From positions 9,362,001-9,426,000 of the forward strand of contig CM120645.1 in NCBI GenBank assembly GCA_051362555.1: a stretch of DNA of 64,000 nt. Direction: 5' to 3'. This DNA comes from Lingula anatina (Eukaryota; Animalia; Brachiopoda). Position numbers and translations under genes: made by a program. Shown here piece by piece: positions 1 through 13,217 of this stretch. Below the pieces are notes generated by a model that saw nothing but the letters and a program-made list of their open reading frames with translations, had not been told where the DNA came from and made no database searches. Each line of letters opens with the position of its first letter. Position 1 is the first letter of the stretch.

Positions 1-175
1 GAAATCGGTTCTTAAAGTGGCCTGCAATTCTTTGATCATCTCCCTTGACAGAAGTGCGTTGGCAAGTACATGTACATTAATGATATGATATTTGGAGAGT
101 GGATAGATAGGAGACCAAAAAAGGAGAATATACACAAACGGCTACGCTTTATGTTGATAGTTTTAAGGACCATTG

Positions 176-180
<5 letters not shown>

Positions 181-217
<37 letters not shown>
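181..217. repeat. (ATT)n microsatellite
   Basis: Pure ATT run; explains the poly-Ile ORFs 36..416 and 70..342. Confidence 0.95.
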
Positions 218-219
<2 letters not shown>

Positions 220-776
220 TTGTCGACTATTTTCAAAAATGCTCTCCAATCGCCATTTTTTATGATCGACGGGTTCAGCAAATATATTCTACGTGAGTCC
301 CAAGACGTTTCACATAATTCAAGAAATGCTGAAATGGTATGATGAAAAAGTAGAAATGTGACTTGCCTTATATTAGAAAAAAATTCAAATCGCAACATGC
401 AGCTGCGTTGATTCATTTACTTCATAATCCATTGCCAAGAATATTTCCCATGGCACTGACTCTTTGCAGAACCTCGCCCGACTAATTTCTCTGAAATCTT
501 ACAGAAGGCAAATACTGTCATTATAATTTCCTTGGGGTACTTCCCTTGGCAATACTCTTCCCCCTTAAACTTTGTTGTTTATTTCAGGTGAATTAATTTC
601 CCTAGACTTGTCATATGTCAGAAGAAATTGTCGTCGTTTCTCAGCATGGGTGTCACGGGAATCATTCTTTCTTGGGGCTTGTAACACTCAAATATGAGAA
701 AACATCGACCTTGAAAAGAATTTTTAACGAACTACTGGTACATGTAGGTAAAACGCAAGAAGGCCCAGGACCAGCA

Positions 777-946
777 CCGGTGTAACGTGCCAGAGTCCCC
801 CATGATCGAGATTCCGCTTCCCATTCATTTGTACAGGTAAGTCTCGCCCTAGATTTTGACCCAATTAGGTTAGGTTAACCCTAACCATTGTAACAAAAAG
901 GAGGGCGGACTTTCTGTTACGCGGACCTTCAGTTTCGTTACACCGG
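777..946. mobile_element. MITE with CCGGTGTAACG...CGTTACACCGG terminal inverted repeats
   Basis: 11-bp perfect TIR; related copies at about 35275-35415 (inverted), 37970-38134, 41595-41850 and 49637-49807. Confidence 0.8.
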
Positions 947-3900
947 CATGAACCCAAAGCTGTATTTTGTATCTCCATGAGAGACTCCTGCAGCTGTCAC
1001 AAACCACGCGTTGACGGGATCTTCAATGGACGAAAGTTTTTATCAAATAGACTTATAACGAGTCTCCACTTTGCTAACAATATTAACATAGTATAAAGTC
1101 TATCACGCGCAATATTATGTAGGATCTGATGCAAATTTAAAGGCAAAAAACTCCAACTTATTCCAATTACCCAAATGAATAAAACTGATATCTAACCTCC
1201 CGCATCTTTAACACTGTCTGGACGTATTGATTCAGCGCTATATATACCCTGGTACATGATAAAGTATACATCAAACTTTATCATGTACCACTTGTGGTAT
1301 CCAAACTGATGCAGTGGGATAAAATATAGGGCGTTTGTAACAAATAATGAACTTATGTGGACATGATACCCAACTCTTATATTTTACTCTTATAATTGAA
1401 GTGAACGCGTGTTACAAACGCACCTACAGTACCAGTATGCAGTGCACATCATGTTTAGAAGGGTTTCCAGACTTCACAAACCCGTGATTCCCCGACAGCT
1501 TGACCAACACTTCGCTCGCGCGTAGATGCCACTTAGTCTTTTTATTGCATTCGAATTTAATCTGAAATAAATTTAGGTAATCGTGTTTATTTTACCTAAA
1601 TCCACATTTTTTGCTGAGAAGTTAGTAAATTCTGATGGCGTGTTTTAAGTAAGTCAAAGATACAATTGCAAGTATCTTCAAATTCATGAATAGCCATATT
1701 AACATCTTTATTACCTAACACTGTAAGCTTTTTTCAAGAAGAAGCATGGTGTCATGACGTTTCATTGCCAAACGTTATCTCATTCATTGCCACCTTGCTT
1801 ACACGGTCAAGGATTCTAAGAAACCAGACAGCGACAAATAGTTGAAAAGTTAGATAGATACATGTGTTTGATACCATCAGTGTTTTGCTGTTTATGACAG
1901 AAAAGAGGCGATAACGTTTGGTTAGTTTCAAGCTCGCGGTTAAGAGTAGGATATGTAAATCAAATATCGAATCCCATATATTATATAGTCCCTCCATGGA
2001 AGATTGCTGATTACTCCAACGATTGATTGCCAAAAACATGCGCAAGGGAGTTAGACAGAAAACTTAAACTTGATATTCTAATATTTATCCTCGTAAACTT
2101 GAAACCGGAGAGATTAAGTAATGACACATGAGGCAATAAATCAGTTGATCGCTAGCTTCTATGAATGGAGTGTGTGTTGGATTTCACCGCTGCGGTGAGG
2201 ATCTTGTGCGACGCTGCTTTTCAGAAAAAAAACGATCACATGAAAAGGAAAACGCGTGCCACTGCCAAAGTGTTGTTAAAGGCAGCGTGGAACAAATATA
2301 TTACAAATAATAACATATACAATTTTACAAAGAATAACATCTGACTAATACCACAAAGTACACCCAAGCTTAGAACTGCAGTAAAAGAAATATTTCCTTG
2401 CAGAAAATGCCCCAATACATATCTGTAGACACGAAATATCAATGCAGTTGCCTCTTCTCAAATTCCAACAGCTTCATTTCACTAATGAAGCCGTTTCCAT
2501 CAAAATGTACTGGACTTAACCATTTATGGGGGTTGGGGTGGGGTGGGGTTGGGGATGGTTTGCCTCGTTATCCACCCCTGGCTGTACAGCGTAATTCTGC
2601 CAAACATTCTGCACGGACTTCCCCTGCTTTAGTTTAGGTGAGAGTTTGTCATTATCTGTTATGATACATGTGAATCATGTGTTTCGTTTTCAAGAAACGG
2701 ACAAGAAAAAATTGATTCTCGTTCTCAGAAACACTGTATTTTTCGATCTTTTCACATCTTCGTCTACCAATAGTTTCCTGTTATTGTATTGCATAAAACT
2801 GTTGTGCCGTCATTCAAGTGAATACGCCTATCATATTTCTCTCAGTGAACATAACAAAAAAGTTAGGCAAAAGGCCCATAAGTTATAAAAATCCACTACC
2901 TACCTTCCGTTTCTGGTCGTAAGTTTCTACATATTCATCTGTGATCTACTGGGTGGGGTTTCGAGTCCTAAAATTGCCTGCAGAAAGTTCCGACATATGG
3001 CGGGCATTTACCCCGATTAGAGAGTTTTCAAGTGGTTGATCGCTATAAAACGTAAGCGTTCTGCAACGATGAAAAATACAGTTCAGCAAATAGGAGGATC
3101 AGGCCACATTAAAAGCAAATCAGTAGCTAACGGTGAGTTGTTGAAATGAGGATCACGTGTGCACGACCTCCAAGGAATGATCCTTACCGACGTAGCTAAG
3201 ATCAGGTATGCTTATAGCGGCCTAAATCAAAAGTCAGAGAGTTTAAGAAGAACTGCAAGATTGTGCAACATCAATACAAACAGGAAATCACACCAAGTAA
3301 ACACAATCTACCCGCAACAGGTGCTCGCTTGTATGAAGTATAGGCTGATGCCACAGTAGCTTCAAAGGCTGAATCAGGTTGAATTCAGATATAAGACATT
3401 TCAATACATGTACTCATATATCTTTCTTCGCGCATCAATTCCCATAAGGTTTCAACAGTTTCACAGTTCACGTCTATTTGTTGTTGATCGTTGGCTGTGG
3501 CCGCTCGGTGGAGTTGTGCTGATCAACAGTAATACCATCAACCTTTATACAAGTTCACCCATGTCTTGGATCGGGATTGTCCAATGATCCTTCAGGAAAT
3601 CCACACTGATGGTACAAATTACATAATAGGGACTTGTAGCAACTGTTTCCAAGACAGTATGTGAAAACGAACGTTGACTTCTGTGATGATGCAACGGTCG
3701 TGGGCACGGAAACGTCTAGGATTGGCTAACACAGGCGATAGAAGCAAGCATTACTGTCAATTTACAGTAGTCAGGTTAATGAATGAAGGACGTTGCTGCA
3801 AAGAAATACCCCCCTGCTTCTTGTTCTCTCTCTAATATTTCGGCTAAATAGTCATTAGGCGCTATATCGATTCCAAAGAACTGAACACCTGCTTTTAACA

Positions 3901-5539
3901 CTTCGAGGGATCCCTACTTTTTAATTTTGACGTTCTAAATATTCAATTTGGTTTGGCGCCAAAATTTATCCTCTCCAAGCTCCATCTTTTCAAGTTTTAA
4001 ACTAATTTTCACTTCAAGCACAACAACTGCTCATTTGTAGGGAAAAGAGCAAAACCGAAATAAAAAATTACGTTTAACTATGTGACAGAAAATCAAATAT
4101 ACTAGCAAGAAAATACAGATCTGTTTCTAGTTGTTATCACACAGATACACGTTGTTGATTTCTCAAAGATTGATATTTATACACTTGTATTTCCATCCCT
4201 AGCAGAACCCACATAGCAGCCACTTTAAAAGCATCAACCGTAGAGTTTCGTGATCTCAATAACAAAGGCAAAACAACGATAACAATAAACTAGTTCCAAT
4301 TACGGAAATATTAAGCCGCTGAGCTAGGACATGCACGGGTGATGACCGGGTACATGTAAATGTCTTTAAAGACAGATCAACGGTAGTCTCTGTTTTGACA
4401 GATAAGCACTGTCGTCATGGATACATTTACATCGGAATATTGTTATATAATCAATCTTCTTTTTTTTATTTGCTCAACAACCCGTCCGGTTGAATAAATT
4501 CCCATAGCCATACATATGCGTCTGTAAAGGTAAAACTGGCAATTTTTTTGCTAGAAATGGGTCTTAAGTACGTCACGTCCAAATATATTTTGATTGCGCT
4601 TTCAGAAACAATGTCTACTTCACCATTTCACTTATTTAAAACACGTAGTCGCACCCAGACAACCTCTGCGACATTTTTTAAATTATGTTTTACTTGGAAC
4701 ACAAAGTCTTATCTTCTCTCACCAATATTGATCGAGACAAATGGAGTGAAGTTTTTTTTTTCATTGACGAAATTCAGAGAAACTTCCTGCTACGAATGAG
4801 ATAATGAATGCTTGGCTGTATTCGGACAAAAGCTAGGGATGCACAGCCTTATGATCGAGGCACTTGGGTCATCAACTCAAAAATTCAGGGGATCCCCCCC
4901 CCCCACCACCACCACCAGTCGCTCTTTTTCTAAATGGTGCACCAACACTTTTAATTTGTTTCCTACGCATCTGCGTTTGGAGAATTCTTTCAAATTTCTA
5001 TACAATTTAATTGGTCCTTCTTTTCTCGTCTTTCCTACGTTGCATTTGATAGAAAGTCGATGTTGACCTTTCGGAGGATGCTCCCGGCTCCCTCTTGTGA
5101 TTACCGAGGTTACCAATATGATGAAGGATGTAAATGTCCTCCCCTGTATATATAGCAAAAGGCCATTCATATATATTCAAAAGGCCATTCAAAAGTTTTC
5201 CCCCATGTCTATCTACTGTACAACACCATCGATAATTTCGTGGACAGTGCACGCTGATTGTAAGGAACCTTTGAGACCAGTTTCTGTATTTTCGGATTGT
5301 TTGCCTGTGACCAGATCATTATTTGCATATAATCCATCCGCTTTCGACATGTACCATTGTACATGTATCAGCCTCTGGTAGCAAGGAAGAAATAAGACAT
5401 TATTCTGAATAGATACATCACTTAAAAGCAATATAAAATGTTTAAATTGTCTGTTCATTAAAACAAACCTTTATTACTATCCTTTTCACAAATTAGTGAA
5501 TGTTATTTGTCACCCAGAAGAATTAGAATGAGGCATATG

Positions 5540-5628
5540 CAGGGGCGGATCCAGGATTATTTGAAGGGGGGGGGGGGGGGGGGGTCCGCGGATGCAAAAC
5601 CGAACCCGTCACCCCCCCCCCCCCCCCA

Positions 5629-5670
<42 letters not shown>

Positions 5671-5856
5671 TGGTGTGGGGTTCGGTGCCCGTTGAATGGC
5701 ACCGAAAAAATTGGTATTTTAGAGGGCGCGAACGGTGCCATTTGGTACGGTTTAGAACTATGATTCAGCTAGTCAAAATTCTAATATCAAGAGGGGATCA
5801 GAAATCGAAGGGAGGGGGGTCAGGACCCCCCTGACCCCCCTCTAAATCCGCCACTG
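5540..5856. mobile_element. hAT-like non-autonomous element with internal poly-G, poly-C and (CA)n
   Basis: TIR CAGGGGCGGAT...ATCCGCCACTG; flanks catatg/gatatg; homologous copies at 33701-33892 and about 58680-58879. Confidence 0.75.
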
Positions 5857-6527
5857 GATATGGGATACTGGAGACTATTCCTGGCTGTATGACAAATAAA
5901 TCTGGTGACCTGTCCACCCAGGTCATTTATCTAGTGAAAGGTCTCAGGTTGAGACTACCCTCTATTAGGGCCTCAGATTGATTTTTCACCAGATACAATG
6001 TACATGTATTCTCAGACATGCTAAATGTAAGTCCCAATATCAGAGTTATCCATATTCCTCACCTTCTCTCAAATTACTGCAGTTTGTCTGTTTTTCCCTT
6101 CCCCACTTGAAATTTGTTTTCCACGCGGCTGTGCCACCTGTATGATAACTTTAATAACTGATATGCTGCAACCATGAATTCCCTTATAACCTGTTGTTCT
6201 TTATCAAAATGAGAAGAATATATATATAGAGAGAGAGATAGTACAGAAATAACAATCGCCTAAGTCTCTACTGTGAAAAAGTTATCGCAGTTCTCAAGTT
6301 AAAACGAACCATGCTCTCCGAACGCGCAAAATAATTGCCAAGCAGACAGTGACAATATTTTCCTGTCTAACCCTCATGCCTTACGACTAATTGTGTATTT
6401 GCAGCCTAAATGATTCACTGCTACATGACTTGTATATACTGGTACTTGCTGTGTTTTATAAAGACCAACATATACTATGTGATATTTAACAAAAGTAGTC
6501 GGTGATGTAACATCCGGCCAACATTTA

Positions 6528-6612
6528 GGGCGCATTCAGATTCACACATCGTATTAGCTGGATCGGTCAAACTTTGTGGGGGATTCCCGCTAAAGTGAAT
6601 CTGAATGGGGTC
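6528..6612. mobile_element. Short Tourist/Harbinger-like MITE
   Basis: Ends gggcgcattcagattcac...gtgaatctgaatggggtc, same terminal type as 13009-13217. Confidence 0.6.
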
Positions 6613-6904
6613 TTGGAAAACAATTATGGATGCTTTATGTACATTTAAAGCTCGTGTAACTTTTGGTGACATTACACCAAATGAAATGTGAAAAATGTGT
6701 TAAGCTGTCGAATATCGTCGTGCCTCATCACAAATACACGCGGACATGCATGCTCATGAGCATGCGACCGCGTACGCGTGCTGTACAGAGAACAGAGAAA
6801 TTAAACCAGATTAAACCACGCATTGTCTTTTAAACATTTGAAATATATCCATGAAAACTGAAAAAGATGCTTGAGAGTGATATTCAGTAATTCCCCTCTG
6901 TCTC

Positions 6905-6989
6905 TTTTTAAAAATATCCTAAAAGAAATGATCACGGTAAGATATTTTAATATCTTACCGTGATCATTTCTTTTAGGATTTTTTAAAAA
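6905..6989. repeat. Near-perfect palindrome (31-bp perfect arms, 2-nt loop)
   Basis: 6916-6946 is the reverse complement of 6949-6979; extends outward with a 1-nt indel. Confidence 0.9.
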
Positions 6990-8927
6990 TCAAATCTGCC
7001 CTTTTGCACACTGGCTGGGCTTCTAAAATATGTTATGAAGAACACAAAATGTGACGCAATTAACAGGAGAAACAGCTGTCATCTGAGAGGTGAACCAGTG
7101 CATTGTGCTGCTTTATACTTACATATTCATGTAAGGTGTGCAATTAGCATTTGACTTTTTTTAAGATTTCACCTTATTTCATTTATCATTTCGCGCGTCC
7201 TGCGTAAAAACACATAACAGATGTAAGAGTGACCATATATATACAAAGAAAAATAAACTAATAATAACAATAATGACAAATCATTTAATGGTCCAAAAAA
7301 GACAGCATTACTTGGTTTACAAATCCATTATGTTAAGTCGTAATATAGTAATATTTGGATCTGTGGAGGGCGTTAATATTTTTAACGACTGGCCATGACT
7401 GCACAATGTCCAAGCTTATGAGTTAATGATATTAATAACCGGGCGTAAATCTTGCCATTAATACACGTTTATCTCAACGGTTATGACTCCTGGAAGAGAT
7501 TTTAATGATCAGTTAAGTTATATATGATTGTAAATGTAACTTAATACATCCCTACCTGATAGTAATTAACGAGGCGCGTGGTGAAAATCTCTGGGCAAAC
7601 TTGAAGTAACAACCTGCCTATGGTTCCGAGAAGTCGCAAGACTGATTGTGTATTTAATGTTGTGACTGGAAGTCGAATTACTCACCAATATATACTGGTA
7701 CGTTTAAAACCTTTCAAATAACGATAAAAAGGGCCAGAGACTAGCTGCGTCCTACTTTCGACTCGTGTTATTTGGTTGACAGACACCAGCATTTTCATTT
7801 TAGTGTATGCATATTTGTTTGCTGAAATGATATAGATAGAATAGTGAAAATCCGAGCAAATAGTCGTTTCTTTTTTTATCAAGATGTAGAAAAGATCTTA
7901 TATGTCAACGCTCCTTGGAAAACGCTGTTGATTGACTGAATCTCAAGTACATATGTAATCTTAAAGATCAGATGGTTTTTAATAGCGAATGCTAGTAGTT
8001 ATAATAATGTGTAATTAACTTTTCCTATCAATTATCCGAAGGAGCCTTACTATGGGAGTCTTCAAAATCCTATTTCGTATTGACAAGTTTTACTACTTTG
8101 ACAATCGTTTGTTTATTTGACGGAAAAAAAGAAAACACACATTGCTATGCCATTGTTTCGTAACTGGAGCGTTTAACCAGCCGACTGTACTGTGCAATGA
8201 GATTGTCATACAGAGTAATAAAAAAAAGTCACACAAAATTTTCCTTTTTTTTTGAGTAAACTGATCTGAAACTAGTTACATGTGTCTGTTATCTAAAAAG
8301 TCTGCAGCTGATATTCCATTTTCATGCAAGTCTCATGACAATAAAGGGTGTACTAGGGGTTTACTGACGTGCAGACATTTTGGGGTGGGGGTGGGGTTTT
8401 TGTTCAAAGTGGGTCGAGATTGGGAGGTGTATATGTACGTGTGTACATTTAACATGAATCTAAGTACAAATTGGATATCACATTTAAAAAATGGTTTATA
8501 AGTATATTCCCTATTTCGCAAGTAAGTAGCAAGGTACACTTTTTTGGTCTGGTGTGCTTTGATACATAATGGGAGTGCAACACAATTGTCTCACCTACTG
8601 CAATCAAAACAATTGTCTCACCTATTCCAGACTGCATCTAGTGCAACGGTCTCTCCTTATATTTAATTCTGTCTCATGCAAGTGCTGTTTGTATTTCGCC
8701 ATTGTTCATTTTCTGACTAATATCTCTGTACTAGTCTAGTGCCTTATTTATCCTACTTACTTTTTAGACTGCTGAAGTGACCTCAAATATTTATTGTGCC
8801 ATTGCTAAAAGAATTTTAAAAAATTCTTTTAGCAATAGCAAAATAAATATTTGAAAAAAAAACAACACGTACGTTATCCCACGTATCTTCATGCATTATG
8901 TGGTGCCTTTCATTACGTGTTTTAAAA

Positions 8928-8960
<33 letters not shown>

Positions 8961-8982
8961 GCGCCTGTGTGTGTGTGTGTGT
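8928..8982. repeat. (TG)n microsatellite
   Basis: Direct reading. Confidence 0.9.
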
Positions 8983-10302
8983 ACCTATATATGTATATGT
9001 ACAAGTTGCCCAGACCACTAGAATTAAACAAGAAGTTATAAAGAGAAGGAGTAGAAACAAGGGGTTTCCTTTCATCCTATCCTCGTAACGGGCTTAATCC
9101 TAATAATTACCCAGCTTGTGGTCTTAGGGAGAGCTTGTGCCTAATACATATTCAAAAGACCGTTCACGTGGGTTGCTTCAGCCAATTGGGATAAAGCCTC
9201 GCGAAGTCTCTAATAATCTCACAGAGAAAACATGGTGGGATTACAGAAAGGTGTAGAGAGAGATTTCAAGCCTGGACGCAACCATTTCGGGAAATAAAAC
9301 TCAAATCATGCGAGATACACCTTCATTTGATCTAAAGCCGATCGGTTATACAAAAATTAGTTTCACATCAAGAATGTATGAGAACAATTTCACAAACCCA
9401 CCTTCAACGCTAAAATTTGCACCTGTAGAAGTCTCATATTTATTTTAAATTATTTTTGTCGTGTAAAGGCGTGTAAAGGAAATTTACCTTCATCTAGGAA
9501 TGACACATTCAATTCACAGCCGTGTACACAAAACAGTAGTACTTGCAATTTTCGTATGCCAACCTCGTTTCTTTCTTTTTTGGCACATTATTGCTTATAT
9601 ACCAGGTAGAGCTTAAACAGGAAAATTGGGGAAATGAAAATAAGTAATTGCACTTAGTACGATTCTAAATAAAATGTCATTAATACATATTTTTGTTTAT
9701 ATCTTTGTCTATTACATGAGGCCAACTAATAGTAGACTGATAGTTTAAATTCATTAGAAGAAGAAATCAAAGAAATATTTTTATTGATTGATATTGCTTT
9801 ATTTCAACATTCGAGCAACTTGTATAATATCTAAAACAAAGTACCAGCAATGAAAATATATCAATATTGTTACACCCAACAGTGATTAAAGCAATACAAA
9901 AATGGTTAGTTTTTATTTTGATGTGGTGATTATTTTATTTTATACTTTAGACAATTAGCCAGTGAACACTCAATTCCCTTTTAAAACTTGGACCACTAAA
10001 TTCCCTTTTAAAACTGCACCTCTTGTGCACTATAGTTTAATATTAGTGGTGGTAAGAAAACAGAGCCTTGTGCCTCATCAAGTTGCTGCTGGAAACAATC
10101 ATTTTGACTGTTCAATTATGGCTACATGTACATCTGCCAGCAAAACTTAAGATCTTTCACCTGCATTCTCTTCAACCTGAAATGAGTAAGTGCGGAATTC
10201 ATTACAAAATATAACTCTATATCCTAAACAAAACTCTGCAAACATCATAGTGCATTAAAAAATTGAAAAAAAAATTCCGAGAGTTCCCTGTCGTCAAATT
10301 TT

Positions 10303-11090
10303 GGACCCACCATTTTGAAAAAGTCCCATGAAAAGTTGTTTATTTGAAACGATGTTTTTCATCTAAAGGATTGATTCATTTAATATCACAATGTTATATT
10401 GTAATGGTGCACGTGCTTAACAAACCAGAAAAACATAAATTATCTGCAAACACCACGTTAAAATTACCAAAAATTGTCCCAAACTGTCACCCAACTGTCT
10501 CTAACCAATTTAGGGACCCACCATTTTGAAAAAGTCCCATGAAAAGTTGTTTATTTGAAACGATGTTTTTCATCTAAAGGATTGACTCATTTAATATCAC
10601 AATGATGTATTGTAATGGTGCACGTGCTTAACAAACCAGAAAAACATAAATTATCTGCAAACACCACGTTAAAATTACCAAAAATTGTCCCAAACTGTCA
10701 CCCAACTGTCTCTAACCAATTTAGGGACCCACCATTTTGAAAAAGTCCCATGAAAAGTTGTTTATTTGAAACGATGTTTTTTATCTAAAGGATTGACTCA
10801 TTTAATATCACAATGATGTATTGTAATGGTGCACGTGCTTAACTAACCAGAAAAACATAAATTAAATGCATACACCACGTTAAAATTACCAAAAATTGTC
10901 CCAAACTATCACCCAACTGTCTCTAACCAATTTAGGGACCCGCCATTTTGAAAAAGTCCGATGAAAAGTTGTCTATTTGAAACGATGTTTTTCATCTAAA
11001 GGATTGATTCATTTAATACCAAAGTGATGTATTGTAATGATGCACGTGCTTAACTAACCAGAAAAACATAAATTATGTGCATACATCACG
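10303..11090. repeat. Tandem array of a 211-bp unit, about 3.7 copies
   Basis: ggaccc(a/g)ccattttgaaaaagtcc recurs at 10303, 10514, 10725, 10936; units nearly identical. Confidence 0.95.
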
Positions 11091-13008
11091 CACTTAAGAA
11101 GAAAAAAGTCCTAAACATGGAGGTCCCGCTGAATCGGCCTCAGATCTTCGAGCTAACGCTGCTTTCTGCACTCTCAAATTTGACTGACAGCCACCGTATG
11201 AACATAAAACAATGCTCAAAGCAGATTATCAACTCTCACTCACCTTTATATCGCTCGACTTGGCGTTTTTCTAAGTATAACTTCCAAATATTCGCATTAA
11301 ACATGAATAAATCAAGACGTATACGCACTGGTTCAGCTTCTCCGTCTTGAGTCACGCGGAGGCGAGCGGAGGATTAGACCAGTTACGAGGATCGAATTTC
11401 AAAGGACGCCGCTTTGAAAAGAATGCTGTGATCTGATTGGACGAGAGAGATAATTGATGTCCCGTTTCTACTCCTTCTCATTATAACTTCTTGAATTAAA
11501 CCAGCAGTCTTCAGTCATCTGTGGAATGATCCGGGTGCATGCTTACTTCTTCAAAGATTTTTTCTGAATATGGAGTTTCAGTTCTTTATCAGGAAAAGAA
11601 ATAATGCCCTGTTTCACTTCATTGCAGGATTTGCGAGATAGAGAGATTGTTTTTGAGTAGTTTTGTTGAAAGATATCCAGACTGCGACGTCTAAGTACCA
11701 TGTCTGCGCCGGCGATGAAACCATAATGCTCATGACAGATAACCCTTTTTTGTGAACACTTTTTAAGAATAAATAAGAACTCTGATTTATATAAGTCAAG
11801 TTCAAACAAAACTGCAAGTAAAATAATATTTATAAATCTTCTTCATGTAAAAAATTATGTCGAAGTGAAATTTATTTGACCCCACTTAGCAACACCACGG
11901 CAATTTCAATGTGCGCAATTCTTAGTTAACGACAGGTTTTAGATTACTCGGCTAGCAACTTGAGAAGAGGTTTAAAAAAAGTGAAAGGAAAATGACATTT
12001 TATATAAATACAGACTATACCCTCCTCAAAGATACTTCCTAATCCCTTCGCATTTAAAAAAAAATCTGCCAGGAAGTTTTCTGATTCAAGGAAGCAAATT
12101 TATTACGTCCCAGTTTAAATAACAGACCACGTAACGTTTGCAATCTTGATAACGAATGGATACGTTTTTTATTATCACATACACAAAAGGAAACTAAAAA
12201 ACATAACCTCCATTTGAGTGGGCGAACGAGGCAGATAAAAATCTGCACTTGAAAAATGTTTCCATCACCGCTTTTATACAACATAACAAGGAAAGGACCG
12301 CAGGCGACTTTTTAAAATACATTTAGGTCGATAAGATAAGTGGTGGCCCGAGGGAGCATTCTTCACTCCCCTGTCATAATTTTGTCAATGAATAATGAAT
12401 AAATTAAGAGATATGCGGGAAAAGAAACATTGAAAATCATTCTTTCTGATAGTCTGAAATTGCTCCTTACGGTGGCTAGGGTACGGTACACGTGAGTGGC
12501 CTACTCCAAGCAGTCAGACAACGGGCCTGTTGCTTTTTGATTGTCGAGGTTCGTCTCACGTTAACGGGTCCAAAGAAGAATGAAAACTCATAGAAATAAC
12601 GCAGCATGCCTTGGTTTCTATTATAAAAGACGATTCATACTTCTAACGAGATTTAGTGCAGTATCAGCATTTTGGGGAGAAAAATACCATTTTCTATTTT
12701 GTATTTTTTTTTCAGGTATTAGGCCATCCATCGAAATGATCTGTCCGACAATATAAAGCTAGATGATGGCGCCAAGGTGGGGCATTTGCATAAATTTCTA
12801 AAATCACTTGTTTCTTGTTTTTTCTTTTATATCAGTTTTCACAAGAAATTGACCCGGTCACTTCAAAAGGGGAAAATTCACAAACGAACACTTGATGGAC
12901 AATCCAAGATACCTTTTTGGTATTTGATTTATTTCTACAAGTACATAATATTTTGATTAGAGAAATAGATATTCATGTATCCGATGAACGTACTGTATAT
13001 GTATCTAA

Positions 13009-13217
13009 GGGCGCATTCCCATAGATTTTAGATCGATCTATCCCGTGGGGAGTCTCACTAGATTACTGTCAGCTTAGCCGGCTTAAATGTCTGTTCCGCC
13101 TACTACTGTAAGGGGGTAATTAACTTCCGTGTCCGCTCGGCTGACAGCTATTTAGCGTGAACCCCCAGGGAGCTAGGTCGATCTAGTTGGATCGGCCTAA
13201 TCTCTGGGAATGGGGTC
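13009..13217. mobile_element. Tourist-like (PIF/Harbinger) palindromic MITE
   Basis: TAA on both flanks (13006-08, 13218-20); ends gggcgcattccc / gggaatggggtc; internal gatcga inverted motifs. Confidence 0.8.

Noticed and set aside
36-416. ORFs with poly-Ile runs
   Set aside because: Produced by the (ATT)n microsatellite; no domain signal
2880-3720. Coding-like composition
   Set aside because: Frequent stops in the frames I read and no recognisable motif; would need BLASTX
5507-5834. Overlapping HTHT / CVCV / poly-Pro ORFs (also at 8.8-9.1, 28.8-29.1, 36.0, 38.0 and 58.8 kb)
   Set aside because: Translations of microsatellites, homopolymers and MITEs
10303-11090. CRISPR-like regular repeats
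   Set aside because: The whole 211-bp unit repeats with no unique spacers; eukaryotic context and no cas genes
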